A stretch of DNA of 64,000 nt from Gemmatimonadaceae bacterium (GCA_045803545.1 JBJMOW010000001.1:32001-96000); one strand, 5' to 3'. Counted from the stretch's first letter, positions 18,965 to 28,615 are shown. Numbers and translations: made by a program. Notes: generated by a model from the sequence alone, not told the origin.

Positions 18965-20389
18965 CTACTCCGTGCGCCCGCCCTCACTGCCGGCCTCTGC
19001 AGCCGAGGAGTCACCTTCCGATGTCATGGCGTTACTCGCCTGCTCATCGGCCGAAGTACTGGCGACTGCTTCTTCGCCAGATTCAGGTGCTTCGTCAGTC
19101 GTCAGCTCGTTGATGATCGCCATCAAACGATCTGCCTCTTCGGGAGCGATGCCGGGGAGCCGGAGAAAATCCTCCCGCTCGAGATCGATGATGTCATCGA
19201 GAGTGCGGTAGCCTGCTTCCTCGAGAACCGCAACCGTTGCCGGCTGCATTCCGTCGATATCTCCGAGCCGGGGGTTGACGCCGGAAACAGCCTCATCGGT
19301 CGGCAGCGGTGCAAAGATCGGCTGATCGCTTCCCCGCTCCATCCATTCGCGGCTCGAGTAAAGCTCGATCTTCCACTCGGTGAGCTCCGAAGCAAGCCGC
19401 ACGTTCTGGCCGTTTCTGCCGATCGCGAGCGAGAGCTGATCCTCGTCGACGATCGCCTGAATGGTCTTGGTCGCTGGGTCACTGAAGACACGTGCGACGC
19501 GCGCCGGCGCGAGCGCCAGCTTGGCGAAGCGCTCTGGATCAGCAGACCACGGCACGATATCGATTCTCTCGCCACCGAGCTCATTTACGACAGCCTGAAC
19601 CCGCGAGCCCTTCAGACCGACGCAAGCGCCGACCGGATCAACCGAATCGTCACGTGAAAAGACGGCAATCTTGGTGCGGCTGCCGACTTCGCGCGCACTG
19701 GCGCGGATCTCGACGAGCCCCTGCTGAATCTCGGGAACCTCGAGCTTGAACAGCGCCTTTACGAACAGCGAGTCTGCTCTGCTGAGCACGAGACGCGGAC
19801 CCTTTGGAGTCTCCTCGACGCGCTTGAGGACAGCGCGGATCGGATCACCCTGGTGGAAATGCTCGCGATGGTTCTGCTCGCGATAAGGAATAATCGCTTC
19901 CGCTTCGCGAAACTTGTTGAGCATTATGACGAGCTTGCCCCGCTCGATCTGCTGAACTTCGCCAGACAGCAGGTCGCCGACGCGACTCGAAAATTCATCG
20001 CGAATCTTTGAGCGCTCGCCCTCTCGTACGCGCTGGATGATGCGTTGCTTGGCAGCCTGGACCGCGGTCCTCCCGAACTCGGCGAAGTCAACCGGGATTT
20101 CCATCTGGTCGCCGATCTGGAAGTCGGGATCTTCGTAGCGCGCTTCCTCGAGCGATATCTGGCTCGCCGAGTCGGTGACTGCCTCGACTACGGTCTTGAG
20201 AAGAACGATGCGGATCTGGCCCTTGTTCTCATCGATGTCCACTTCGGCCTGGACGGTTGGTCCATGCTTTTTGGCGAGGGCCGCGTTGATGCCGTCCTCG
20301 AGCAGACCGTGCAATTCGGCGCGGTCGATCTGCTTCGAGTTGGTCAACTCGCGGATCGCTGAAAGGATCTCTATGGAAGCTGCTGCCAT
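18965..20389 (-). CDS. nusA: Transcription termination/antitermination factor NusA
   Basis: FGRTAVQAAKQ, LFKLEVPEI, DPVGACVG, SLAIGRNGQNVRLAS; ATG 20389. Confidence 0.97.
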   Translation of the reverse strand: MAAASIEILSAIRELTNSKQIDRAELHGLLEDGINAALAKKHGPTVQAEVDIDENKGQIRIVLLKTVVEAVTDSASQISLEEARYEDPDFQIGDQMEIPVDFAEFGRTAVQAAKQRIIQRVREGERSKIRDEFSSRVGDLLSGEVQQIERGKLVIMLNKFREAEAIIPYREQNHREHFHQGDPIRAVLKRVEETPKGPRLVLSRADSLFVKALFKLEVPEIQQGLVEIRASAREVGSRTKIAVFSRDDSVDPVGACVGLKGSRVQAVVNELGGERIDIVPWSADPERFAKLALAPARVARVFSDPATKTIQAIVDEDQLSLAIGRNGQNVRLASELTEWKIELYSSREWMERGSDQPIFAPLPTDEAVSGVNPRLGDIDGMQPATVAVLEEAGYRTLDDIIDLEREDFLRLPGIAPEEADRLMAIINELTTDEAPESGEEAVASTSADEQASNAMTSEGDSSAAEAGSEGGRTE

Positions 20390-20399
20390 TGATTGAGCC

Positions 20400-20879
20400 C
20401 TACCTGTTCCAGTGAAACGCCAGCCGCGCCTTTTCAACCGCGGACAGCGGAAAGCGCCGCTCGTCGCCACGCTCGTTCAACACCGTGATTGTTTCCTTAC
20501 CGTCCTCACCTTCGACACCTGCTATTTCCACTTCGTCGGTTCGTCGACCCGCCGGATCACCGGGAACATTCGTCGTCACTACCGCCTTCTGACCGCTGAA
20601 CCGGCGCCAATCCCTCGCGTTGCGCAGCGGTCGCTCAATACCGGGCGACGACACTTCGAGCACGTACCGTTTGCCGCCAAAATCTTCGGCGTCGAGCCTG
20701 GCCTCGATTGCCCGCGATGCTGCCGCGCAATGCTCGACCGTCACCTGTTGGCCATCCCCCCGCTCGACTCTGACATCGAGAACGGGCCTGCCCTTACTAC
20801 CTCCGACCTTCAGATCGAAAAGCTCAAGACCGAGTGGCTTAATTTGCTCTGCCACAATGGCTTCCAGCGTTTCGTTCAT
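20400..20879 (-). CDS. rimP: Ribosome maturation factor RimP
   Basis: YVLEVSSPGIERPL; first gene of the nusA operon. Confidence 0.93.
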   Translation of the reverse strand: MNETLEAIVAEQIKPLGLELFDLKVGGSKGRPVLDVRVERGDGQQVTVEHCAAASRAIEARLDAEDFGGKRYVLEVSSPGIERPLRNARDWRRFSGQKAVVTTNVPGDPAGRRTDEVEIAGVEGEDGKETITVLNERGDERRFPLSAVEKARLAFHWNR

Positions 20880-20905
20880 ACAGCTTCGAGGTTAGTTCGA
20901 GGGAC

Positions 20906-20933
20906 AAAAAAATGTGGGGGTATCCCCACATTC
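20906..20933 (-). terminator. Leader terminator/attenuator upstream of rimP
   Basis: Minus strand AATGTGGGG-ATAC-CCCCACATT followed by a T-run, between the promoter and the rimP ATG. Confidence 0.75.
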
Positions 20934-20963
20934 CGGTTGGCCGCCGAGTTGAACGCCCGATTC

Positions 20964-20992
20964 AATGTAGACGCGCGGGGAGGGGCCGTCAA
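20964..20992 (-). promoter_or_regulatory. Sigma70-type promoter of rimP-nusA-infB
   Basis: TTGACG-N17-TACATT. Confidence 0.7.
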
Positions 20993-21028
20993 CCTGCTCG
21001 GCGTTGAGACTCGAGCGCCTTCGACTGA

Positions 21029-21191
21029 CATCCAGAATACAAAAGCCTGGAGCTCCCAGCTTAGGGAGCTATTTAGCGCCGAGCTCGCTCTTGGGTTTCC
21101 CTCGCGACCTCGATGACGGCGCGTTCTTGGACTGAGCTCGAAGCTAAGCTGCTCCCTAAGCTGGCAGCTCCGGGCTTTTGTATTCTAGATG
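21029..21191. repeat. 163-bp inverted-repeat element (58-bp arms, 50/58 identical, 47-bp spacer); MITE/REPIN-like
   Basis: 21029-21086 aligns without gaps to the reverse complement of 21134-21191. Confidence 0.85.
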
Positions 21192-21212
21192 GTCGGCTTG
21201 GGGTGGCTGACT

Positions 21213-21941
21213 TTACGCCGAGACTGCAGCGGCCATAACCGCTATCTGACGGCCGTTATCTCCCGCCCGATGCGAGAAAAATCGATCGTTGTCGTGCCGC
21301 GTGCAGTATTCGCTGACCGTGATCTTTTGCACACCGAGCTCAGACGCGTGTTCGGCGATCAGCGAGCGCAGATCAACGTGGCCCGGACGGGTCACAGGCT
21401 GGCCGGTAAGCTGCTCACGTACATCTACGCTTACCTCGTAGCAGCGGCCGCAAATCGCGGGACCGAGGTGAATCGCCAGCTCGTCGGGTGCAAGGCCGAA
21501 ACGCGCCAGCATCTGAATTGCTTCGGGGGTGATGTGGGCGGCGGTCCCCCGCCACCCGGAGTGAAGGAGTGCTACGACGCCCGATGGATGTGCGATGAAT
21601 ACCGGGACGCAGTCGGCGACGCCGACAGCGAGGCCCGTTCCGCGCTCGGCGGCGATGTGGCCGTCAGCTTCGCCGCCGCGGAGCCAGCCTTCCCAACCAC
21701 CGGTGTGCACGATCACACGGGTGCCGTGAACCTGTCGAATGGAAACGAGCCGGCGTGCAGTCGTTGAAAGCTCTCGCTGCACCGCGCTCCATCTGCCCAT
21801 CACCTCATTGACTGGATCAGTTCCGGAGAGCCCGAATGATCCGGCATCCCGGGTCGTGGTGAAGGCGCGGATTCCCCACTGCTCGAAATCGGTGACGACT
21901 TCCTTGGGGACTTCCGCCAGCTCAGTGTCGACGGTCGTCAA
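21213..21941 (-). CDS. pgeF: PgeF/YfiH family (laccase-domain) purine nucleoside phosphorylase
   Basis: QVHG, ADCVP, HSGWRG, GPAICGRCYEV, FFSHR; TTG start at 21941 overlaps the murA end. Confidence 0.9.
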   Translation of the reverse strand: MTTVDTELAEVPKEVVTDFEQWGIRAFTTTRDAGSFGLSGTDPVNEVMGRWSAVQRELSTTARRLVSIRQVHGTRVIVHTGGWEGWLRGGEADGHIAAERGTGLAVGVADCVPVFIAHPSGVVALLHSGWRGTAAHITPEAIQMLARFGLAPDELAIHLGPAICGRCYEVSVDVREQLTGQPVTRPGHVDLRSLIAEHASELGVQKITVSEYCTRHDNDRFFSHRAGDNGRQIAVMAAAVSA

Positions 21942-23223
21942 CGCGGGTGATTGCGGCGCCGAGAGCGTTGAGGCGTTCGTCAATGCGCTCGTAGCCACGC
22001 TCGATTTGGCCGACGTTGTTGATGAAGCTGGTGCCCTCCGCGCACAACGCGGCGAGCAACATTGCCATGCCGGCGCGAATGTCAGGCGATTCGAGAAAGG
22101 CGCCACGCAAGCGCGTCGGCCCGTACACCAGTGCACGGTGTGGATCGCAAAGCACGATACGAGCTCCCATCGTCGCGAGCTTGTCGACGAAGAACATCCG
22201 CGACTCGAACATCTTCTCGTGCATCATGATGAGCCCTTCGCACTGCGTGGCCGTCACGATCGCGATCGACATCGTATCGGCGGGGAACGCAGGCCACGGC
22301 TGATCCTCGAGCTTGGGGATGTGCCCACCCATGTCGCTCTGGATTTGACGAGACTGCTTGGCGGGAACTATGAGATCCGGTCCTTCAATCTTGCACTCAA
22401 TCCCCAGTCGCTCGAATCCCATTCGTGTTGAGCGAAGGTGCTCGACGCCCGCATTCTGGATCCGTAAATCCGAGCGCGTTACAGCCGCGAGACCGATGAA
22501 TGAGCCGACCTCGATGTGGTCGGGCCCAATCGTATGCGTCACAGGCCTGCTGCCGAGTGTACGCCCGCCGTGAATGGTCATGGTGTTGGTGCCGACGCCC
22601 TCTATCTGCGCGCCGAGCGCGATCAGAAAGTGAGCGAGATCCTGGACGTGAGGCTCGCTCGCGGCATTGCGCAACACGGTGGTACCCGATGCGGCGGCGG
22701 CAGCGACCAGCGCGTTCTCGGTCGCAGTGACGCTCGGCTCGTCGAGAAACACATCAGCGCCGCGGAATCCGTTCACTCGCATCTCGATCATCGGGCCGTG
22801 CTTGAATTCGGCCCCTAGCTGCTCGAGAGCGAGAAAGTGGGTATCGAGGCGGCGTCTTCCAATCACGTCACCACCTGGCGGCGGCAAAGTCACCTCTCCG
22901 CAACGCGCGAGAAGAGGGGCAGCGAGAAGTATCGAAGCGCGGATCTTGGCGCACAGTGTCGGGTTGAGGTCGGCAGGCCTGAGTTCCTTGGCGTGGATGT
23001 TGAGCGAGTTCTGCCCGACCCACTCCATCGACGCTCCGACCGACTTTATCAGCTCGACGAGCGTCTCGATGTCCCGGATGCGGGGGACATTTTCCAGATG
23101 AACAGGATTTTCCGAGATCAGCGCCGCAGCAACGATCGGCAGTGCCGCGTTCTTGTTGCCGGAGGGACGAATCGTGCCATTGAGGGTTCGGCCGCCCTCG
23201 ACTACAAATTGTACTGCAGGCAT
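21922..23223 (-). CDS. murA: UDP-N-acetylglucosamine 1-carboxyvinyltransferase (Asp in place of the catalytic Cys: PGGDVIG)
   Basis: SGNKNAALP, RASIL, PPGGDVIGRR, SVTATEN, DIRAG, IERGYE. Confidence 0.95.
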   Translation of the reverse strand: MPAVQFVVEGGRTLNGTIRPSGNKNAALPIVAAALISENPVHLENVPRIRDIETLVELIKSVGASMEWVGQNSLNIHAKELRPADLNPTLCAKIRASILLAAPLLARCGEVTLPPPGGDVIGRRRLDTHFLALEQLGAEFKHGPMIEMRVNGFRGADVFLDEPSVTATENALVAAAAASGTTVLRNAASEPHVQDLAHFLIALGAQIEGVGTNTMTIHGGRTLGSRPVTHTIGPDHIEVGSFIGLAAVTRSDLRIQNAGVEHLRSTRMGFERLGIECKIEGPDLIVPAKQSRQIQSDMGGHIPKLEDQPWPAFPADTMSIAIVTATQCEGLIMMHEKMFESRMFFVDKLATMGARIVLCDPHRALVYGPTRLRGAFLESPDIRAGMAMLLAALCAEGTSFINNVGQIERGYERIDERLNALGAAITRVDDRRH

Positions 23224-23339
23224 TATGAAATTTCGCTGGTGGTGATTACGTGTTGCGCAAATATATCGCTCTCAGCACTCTTTGTACCGCGATGTAAAGC
23301 TATACAGTAGATGGCCTCTCCCTTGCACACCCAACACGC

Positions 23340-23948
23340 ATGATGGGATTGATACGCGGCGCTGAGTTTCTCTTGCAGACTGCCGTACGCACCTTGCCCG
23401 ACACGCTGTACACGAAACAGCTTGCGACGGCGCCGAGCACCTTCGAAAAGGTGACAAGCATCGCCAGCGGTCTTCTCACAATCACGATAATGATTCTCGC
23501 TGTCGCACTGGTTCCGGCGGCGTGGAATTTCCGTAAGAGCTACAAGAAAGTGAGCGACATGCTCGACAAGGTGTACGGCGACATCAATCCTCTAATGCGT
23601 CACGCCAGCGCGATCGCCGACAACGTCGACTACATCACGACTTCGGTGCGCGTTGACGTGCAGCAGGTGAGTCAGACAGTCGCTGCCGTGAATCAAAGGC
23701 TGCAACAGGCGGTGGGAGCGGCGGAGACACGCATCAACGAGCTGAACGCGCTGCTCGACGTCGTGCAGGAAGAAGCGGAATCGGCGTTTGTAGTTACTGC
23801 CTCCACTATTCGTGGAGTAAAGACAGGAATTCAGGCATTTGACGAGGAGGACTGGAGCGATGGGGACATCGACGAAAGCAGAGCCGACGGCTGGGAGAAA
23901 CCGCGGCCACGCGTCAGACCCAGAGATGGAACTGGACGCGGAGCGTGA
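23340..23948 (+). CDS. DUF948 (YoxC/YtxG-like) membrane-anchored coiled-coil protein
   Basis: One TM helix followed by heptad-rich helices; precedes a YtxH-like gene. Confidence 0.65.
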   Translation: MMGLIRGAEFLLQTAVRTLPDTLYTKQLATAPSTFEKVTSIASGLLTITIMILAVALVPAAWNFRKSYKKVSDMLDKVYGDINPLMRHASAIADNVDYITTSVRVDVQQVSQTVAAVNQRLQQAVGAAETRINELNALLDVVQEEAESAFVVTASTIRGVKTGIQAFDEEDWSDGDIDESRADGWEKPRPRVRPRDGTGRGA

Positions 23949-24390
23949 GCAGCAGTACGACCTGCTGACGGCGGCACTGATCGGCGCTGCGGTTGGCGCC
24001 GGCATCACACTGCTCATGAGACGCGGGCCCTCGGGTCGTCGCCCGGTCGGGCCGCTGATGCGTTACGCCGGACGCGGCGCCGCTCTGGCCGGCCTCGCCG
24101 GAATGCAGGGTGGTCGCTGGGCAGCCGAGCGCGGGCTCGACGGCGCGCGCTGGGCGGGCGAGCGGGCAATGGAAGGAGCCCGTTGGGCCGGACCTCGCGC
24201 GCAGCGGGGCTTCAAAACTGCGGTCGAACGGGGTGGCGAGCTTATCGATCGGATCCCGGTCGACGAGATGACCGATCAGGTTCGCAACTACGTCGACACA
24301 GCGCGTGAGGCAATCAACGACGCCGTCAGAGACGAGCTCAACGATCTACGCAAATCAGTTCGCCGCCAGCGTAAGCGGATCGGCATCTAG
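23860..24390 (+). CDS. YtxH-like protein
   Basis: LLTAALIGAAVGAGITLL followed by a helical repeat region; GGAG RBS before ATG 23860. Confidence 0.65.
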   Translation: MGTSTKAEPTAGRNRGHASDPEMELDAEREQQYDLLTAALIGAAVGAGITLLMRRGPSGRRPVGPLMRYAGRGAALAGLAGMQGGRWAAERGLDGARWAGERAMEGARWAGPRAQRGFKTAVERGGELIDRIPVDEMTDQVRNYVDTAREAINDAVRDELNDLRKSVRRQRKRIGI

Positions 24391-24397
24391 GAGCAGT

Positions 24398-25339
24398 ATG
24401 TCGCGCGCTTCATCGCGCGCTTCCATTGCCAGCAGGGTCGCGTTAGCGGTCCTGCTTGCTTTGCTTTTGACACCGGGTGTGGCCCACGCCTGGACTCCCG
24501 GCACCCACATCTTCCTCGGCGAAGCAATACTTCGCTCGCTTAGCCTGGTGCCGTCGAGCATCGCCGAGTTGCTGGCAGCGTTCCCCTACGACTTCCTCTA
24601 CGGATCGATCGCCGCTGATACGAGTATCGCCAAGAAATACGCGGCCGCCGGCAGACATTGTCACTCGTGGAACGTTGGGCTGGAGATCCACGACGCCGCT
24701 GACTCGGAGCCGCTCAAATCCTTTGCGTTCGGCTATCTGTCGCACCTGGCAGCCGACGCAGTCGCGCACAACTACTTCGTTCCTCACCAGCTCGCCATCA
24801 CATCGTCGACCGCCGCGCTGGGGCACAGCTACTGGGAGAGCCGTTTCGACACGCACATCGGCGAGAGATTCAGCCGCACCGCCAAGCAGCTCATTCTGCG
24901 CGATCATTCGCACTCTGACGATCATCTCGATCGCATCCTGAGCCCGACGATTTTCAGTACCCCGACCAATCGCCGAATTTTTCGCGGCATGGTGTACGTT
25001 GCCGACACGGAATCGTGGCAGCGCATCTTCCATCTGGTCGAGGAGAAAAGCCGCTGGGACCTGACAGATCAGGAAGTGGGCAAATACATGGTTCGCGCGT
25101 TCGACTACATCGTCGATTTCCTTAGCCGTATGGATCGTTCCGAGCCCCACAGACTCGATCCCGCAGGAACAGTCCCGCTGCGCGAAGCGAAGAAAGTCAG
25201 GCGCGCGGCGCTGCGGCGCGGTGGCGAGGAGCACGTTCTAGAACAGGCGCAGCAGCATTTTGGCATGCCGCTTTCTCAGTTGAAATTCGCGATCTCGCTC
25301 GCGGAGCCTCTCTACCCGCCGCGCGACGACAACAACTGA
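24398..25339 (+). CDS. Zinc-dependent phospholipase C / S1-P1-like family exported protein
   Basis: Signal peptide ending AHA|WTPGTH, YGSIAAD, HCH, GYLSHLAADAVAH, HSYWE. Confidence 0.8.
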   Translation: MSRASSRASIASRVALAVLLALLLTPGVAHAWTPGTHIFLGEAILRSLSLVPSSIAELLAAFPYDFLYGSIAADTSIAKKYAAAGRHCHSWNVGLEIHDAADSEPLKSFAFGYLSHLAADAVAHNYFVPHQLAITSSTAALGHSYWESRFDTHIGERFSRTAKQLILRDHSHSDDHLDRILSPTIFSTPTNRRIFRGMVYVADTESWQRIFHLVEEKSRWDLTDQEVGKYMVRAFDYIVDFLSRMDRSEPHRLDPAGTVPLREAKKVRRAALRRGGEEHVLEQAQQHFGMPLSQLKFAISLAEPLYPPRDDNN

Positions 25340-26751
25340 TTGACGCGTTTTGGATCGGCGCGTCCTTTCGATTTCTTCATTACGAAGCCGACCAGCACGC
25401 CCTGCAGTTTCTTCTCGCCCGACAGATATCGCTTTGCCTCGTCCGGGTGCTCGTGCAGGACTTCATCTACCCATGTGGTGAGCGCACTCTCGTCGCCGAT
25501 CTGCAGCAGCCCTTCCTCGGCCGCGATCTGTGCCGCCGGCTGGCCAGTGTCGAGCATCCTCGAGAAGACTCGCTTGGCGGCGGTGTGACTCACCGTCCCG
25601 TCGCGAACGAGATTGAGCAGTTGGGCAAGGTCGGCAGGTCGCAGTGAGAACAGTGCGATGTCTGTGTTTGAGGTGCGAAGCGCTGCCAGCACCTCGCCCA
25701 TCACCCAGTTGTATGCAGCTTTGCCATCGCTGCTCGCGCGCACCACCCCTTCGTAGTAATCCGCAAGGCTGGGGGTCGCCGTAAGCTGCTCCGCTTCCGC
25801 GACTGAGATCGCATATTCCTCGACGAGCCGTTTCTTGCGCGCATCGGGGAGCTCCGGAAGCTTATGCCTCGCGTCCCCGACCCAACCTTGATCCAGTAGC
25901 AGCGGTCGCAGATCTGGCTCCGGGAAGTACCGATAGTCGTGACTTCCCTCTTTTGTGCGACTCGGTCTTACCGTCTCACGAGCTGCATCCCACAGCAACG
26001 TTTGCTGCTCGACTTTGCCGCCGGAATCCAGCAGCGAGCATTGACGCTCGTACTCCGCGTCCAGGGCGCGCTCGACGGCAGAGAACGAGTTCATGTTCTT
26101 GACTTCAGTCTTTGTACCGAGATTCGTCTGACCAAATGGCCGCACGCTTATGTTGGCGTCGACGCGCAGACTTCCCTCCTCCATACTGACGTCGCTGACA
26201 TCGAGATACTGAAGGATCTGCTTGAGCGTCCGCAGATATGCACCCGCGTCGGTGGCGCTCCGCAGGTCGGGCTCGCTGACGATCTCGATGAGGGGTACTC
26301 CCGCTCGATTCAAATCGATCGCGGTCGCACCGGGAAAGCGATCGTGAATCGACTTGCCGGCGTCTTCCTCCATGTGAAGGCGGGTGATGCCGATCTGAAC
26401 GTCCTTATCGTCTTTGGTTTTTCCGATGACGATGTGGCCACCAGTCGCCAACGGCTGATCGAATTGCGAGATCTGATAGCCTTTCGGCAGATCGGGATAG
26501 AAATAATTCTTGCGAGCAAAGACCGAGATCGGATTCACGCCGCAACCGAGTCCCAGCGCTGCGCGTACCGCGAGCTCCACCGCTTTCTCGTTGAGAACTG
26601 GAAGAGCGCCGGGCAGCGCGAGGCATACAGGACATGTATTGACGTTCGGCGGCGCGCCGAAATCGGTCGAGCAGCCGCAGAACGCTTTGGTGCGCGTCTT
26701 GAGCTGGACGTGGACTTCCAGTCCGACGACCATCTCGTACCGCTCGTTCAT
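25312..26751 (-). CDS. gatB: Asp/Glu-tRNA amidotransferase subunit B
   Basis: GLEVHVQL, RKNYFYPDLPKGYQISQ, HMEEDAGK, DYRYFPEPDL. Confidence 0.98.
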   Translation of the reverse strand: MNERYEMVVGLEVHVQLKTRTKAFCGCSTDFGAPPNVNTCPVCLALPGALPVLNEKAVELAVRAALGLGCGVNPISVFARKNYFYPDLPKGYQISQFDQPLATGGHIVIGKTKDDKDVQIGITRLHMEEDAGKSIHDRFPGATAIDLNRAGVPLIEIVSEPDLRSATDAGAYLRTLKQILQYLDVSDVSMEEGSLRVDANISVRPFGQTNLGTKTEVKNMNSFSAVERALDAEYERQCSLLDSGGKVEQQTLLWDAARETVRPSRTKEGSHDYRYFPEPDLRPLLLDQGWVGDARHKLPELPDARKKRLVEEYAISVAEAEQLTATPSLADYYEGVVRASSDGKAAYNWVMGEVLAALRTSNTDIALFSLRPADLAQLLNLVRDGTVSHTAAKRVFSRMLDTGQPAAQIAAEEGLLQIGDESALTTWVDEVLHEHPDEAKRYLSGEKKLQGVLVGFVMKKSKGRADPKRVNQLLSSRGG

Positions 26752-28304
26752 CGGTGCGCGTCCGCGCCGAGCGCTGCCTCGAGTGCGTAACCAACCCGGA
26801 ACATTGAGTACTCGTCGAAGTGCGGCGTGATGATCTGACCGCCAACTGGAAGGTTACGTACTCGACCGATTGGAACCGACATCGCTGGAACTCCGGCGAG
26901 GTTTGCGGTCACGGTGAATATGTCGTTCAGGTACATCTCGTAAGGATCGCTGATTGCGCCGACCTGAAACGCCGGCGTTGGCGTCGTCGGTGTAAAGATC
27001 GCGTGTACGCCGCCGGCGAACACCGAGCGGAAGTCGTCCGCGATGAGCGTGCGGACGGCTTGTGCTTTCTTATAGTAGGCGTCGTAGTAACCAGCGGAGA
27101 GCACGTACGTTCCGAGTAGAACCCGTCGCGTAACCTCCGGTCCGAATCCCTCCGAGCGGGTTGCGTCGTACATCGCTCGCAAACCCTTCGATGGATCGAC
27201 GCGCAGCCCGTATCGAACGCCATCGAAACGCGCCAGGTTCGAGGAAGCCTCCGCCGGCGCGATGATGTAGTAGACCGGAATCGCGAGCGGCGAACGAGGC
27301 AGCGACACGTCTCGAATCGTTGCGCCCATCCAACGGAATTTTTCGAAGGCGCGATCGCATAGATCGCGAATAGTCTGATCGAGCGACTCCGGGAAATACT
27401 CCTTTGGTTTTCCGATCACTACGCCCTTGAGAGTCGTCTCGCTCGGCGGCGGCGGCAGCGGGACCGGACTGCGGCCGATTCGCATCGCTTCGGTATCAGG
27501 CTCGCGTGAGGAGGGAGCAGGCTTGCCAAGCGCTGCCACGCGGTAGATCGGGACGTCAGCGTCGGAGCTGGTAGAGTCCATCTTGTCGAAGCCGGCGATC
27601 GTCTCGAGTGCGAGCGCGGCATCGTCGACGGTGCGACCTAACACGCCGATTTGATCGAGCGAAGACGCGAAGGCGACCAGACCGTAGCGGCTGACACGTC
27701 CGTACGTCGGCTTCACACCAACGACGCCGCAAAACGCAGCGGGTTGGCGAACGGATCCGCCGGTCTCCGAGCCAAGGGCAATCGGTGTGATTCCCGCAGC
27801 TACCGCGGCGGCAGATCCACCGGATGATCCGCCCGGTACGCAACGCACATCGTGTGGATTTCGCGTCGGACCGAAAGCGCTGTTCTCCGTCGACGAGCCC
27901 ATCGCGAATTCATCCATGTTGGTTTTCGCGACGATGATTGCTCCGTTGGCGCGGAGCCTCGTGATCGCCGTCGCCTCGAACGGACTCACATAGTCCTTCA
28001 GAATCCGCGAACCGCAGGTGGTCGGCAGACCGAGTGATGCGATGTTGTCTTTGATCGCGATCGGTACGCCCGCGAGTACGCCGATGTCGGTCGCCTTTTC
28101 GAGACGACCGCTAATCAGATCGGCCTCCTTACAGCACGCGTCACGATCCGAATGAAGGAAGATGTTGAGTCCGTCACGCCCCGCATTGATCGTGTCGGCG
28201 CGATCGAAGGCCGCATTGACCAACGCGGACGGCGTGTTCTCGCCGGCGCGAACGCTCGCCGAGATCTCAGCCGCGCCCAGTCGCGTGTATTCGTCGATGG
28301 TCAA
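26748..28304 (-). CDS. gatA: Asp/Glu-tRNA amidotransferase subunit A
   Basis: KTNMDEFAMGSSTE, GGSSGGS, GGSVRQPA, SSNLARFDG, GYYDAYY. Confidence 0.97.
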   Translation of the reverse strand: MTIDEYTRLGAAEISASVRAGENTPSALVNAAFDRADTINAGRDGLNIFLHSDRDACCKEADLISGRLEKATDIGVLAGVPIAIKDNIASLGLPTTCGSRILKDYVSPFEATAITRLRANGAIIVAKTNMDEFAMGSSTENSAFGPTRNPHDVRCVPGGSSGGSAAAVAAGITPIALGSETGGSVRQPAAFCGVVGVKPTYGRVSRYGLVAFASSLDQIGVLGRTVDDAALALETIAGFDKMDSTSSDADVPIYRVAALGKPAPSSREPDTEAMRIGRSPVPLPPPPSETTLKGVVIGKPKEYFPESLDQTIRDLCDRAFEKFRWMGATIRDVSLPRSPLAIPVYYIIAPAEASSNLARFDGVRYGLRVDPSKGLRAMYDATRSEGFGPEVTRRVLLGTYVLSAGYYDAYYKKAQAVRTLIADDFRSVFAGGVHAIFTPTTPTPAFQVGAISDPYEMYLNDIFTVTANLAGVPAMSVPIGRVRNLPVGGQIITPHFDEYSMFRVGYALEAALGADAHR

Positions 28305-28614
28305 GCGCCGCTCTCGGCGGGATCTTCGTGGGTGGCCAGACGAGGAACGATGAAAAAACCGTCTCGCATCGAAGGAGCAAAAGACTCGAGCGTGCCCTCC
28401 ATCAGCGGCGCAACGCGATCGTCGGGGCGCAATGGAGTACCCCCGGCTCCCACGCCCGCAGCCAAAGGCACGCTCGCAGTATCCACCTGCGCCAGAACTT
28501 CCATGTGCCCCAGGATCGAGCTCAGCTCGCGGGTGAGTTCCTCGACGCGCATTTCGTCCACGCCAACGCGGGCCAGATTGGCGATGTGAAGTACATCCTC
28601 ACGGGTAACTGCCA

Positions 28615-28615
<1 letters not shown>
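28301..28615 (-). CDS. gatC: Asp/Glu-tRNA amidotransferase subunit C
   Basis: EDVLHIANLAR ... LRPD ... GFFIVPR. Confidence 0.93.

Noticed and set aside
21029..21191. 6S RNA or a CRISPR remnant as the identity of the inverted repeat
   Set aside because: No central bubble flanked by two long stems, no strand bias for G-U pairs, and the repeats are inverted rather than direct with spacers.
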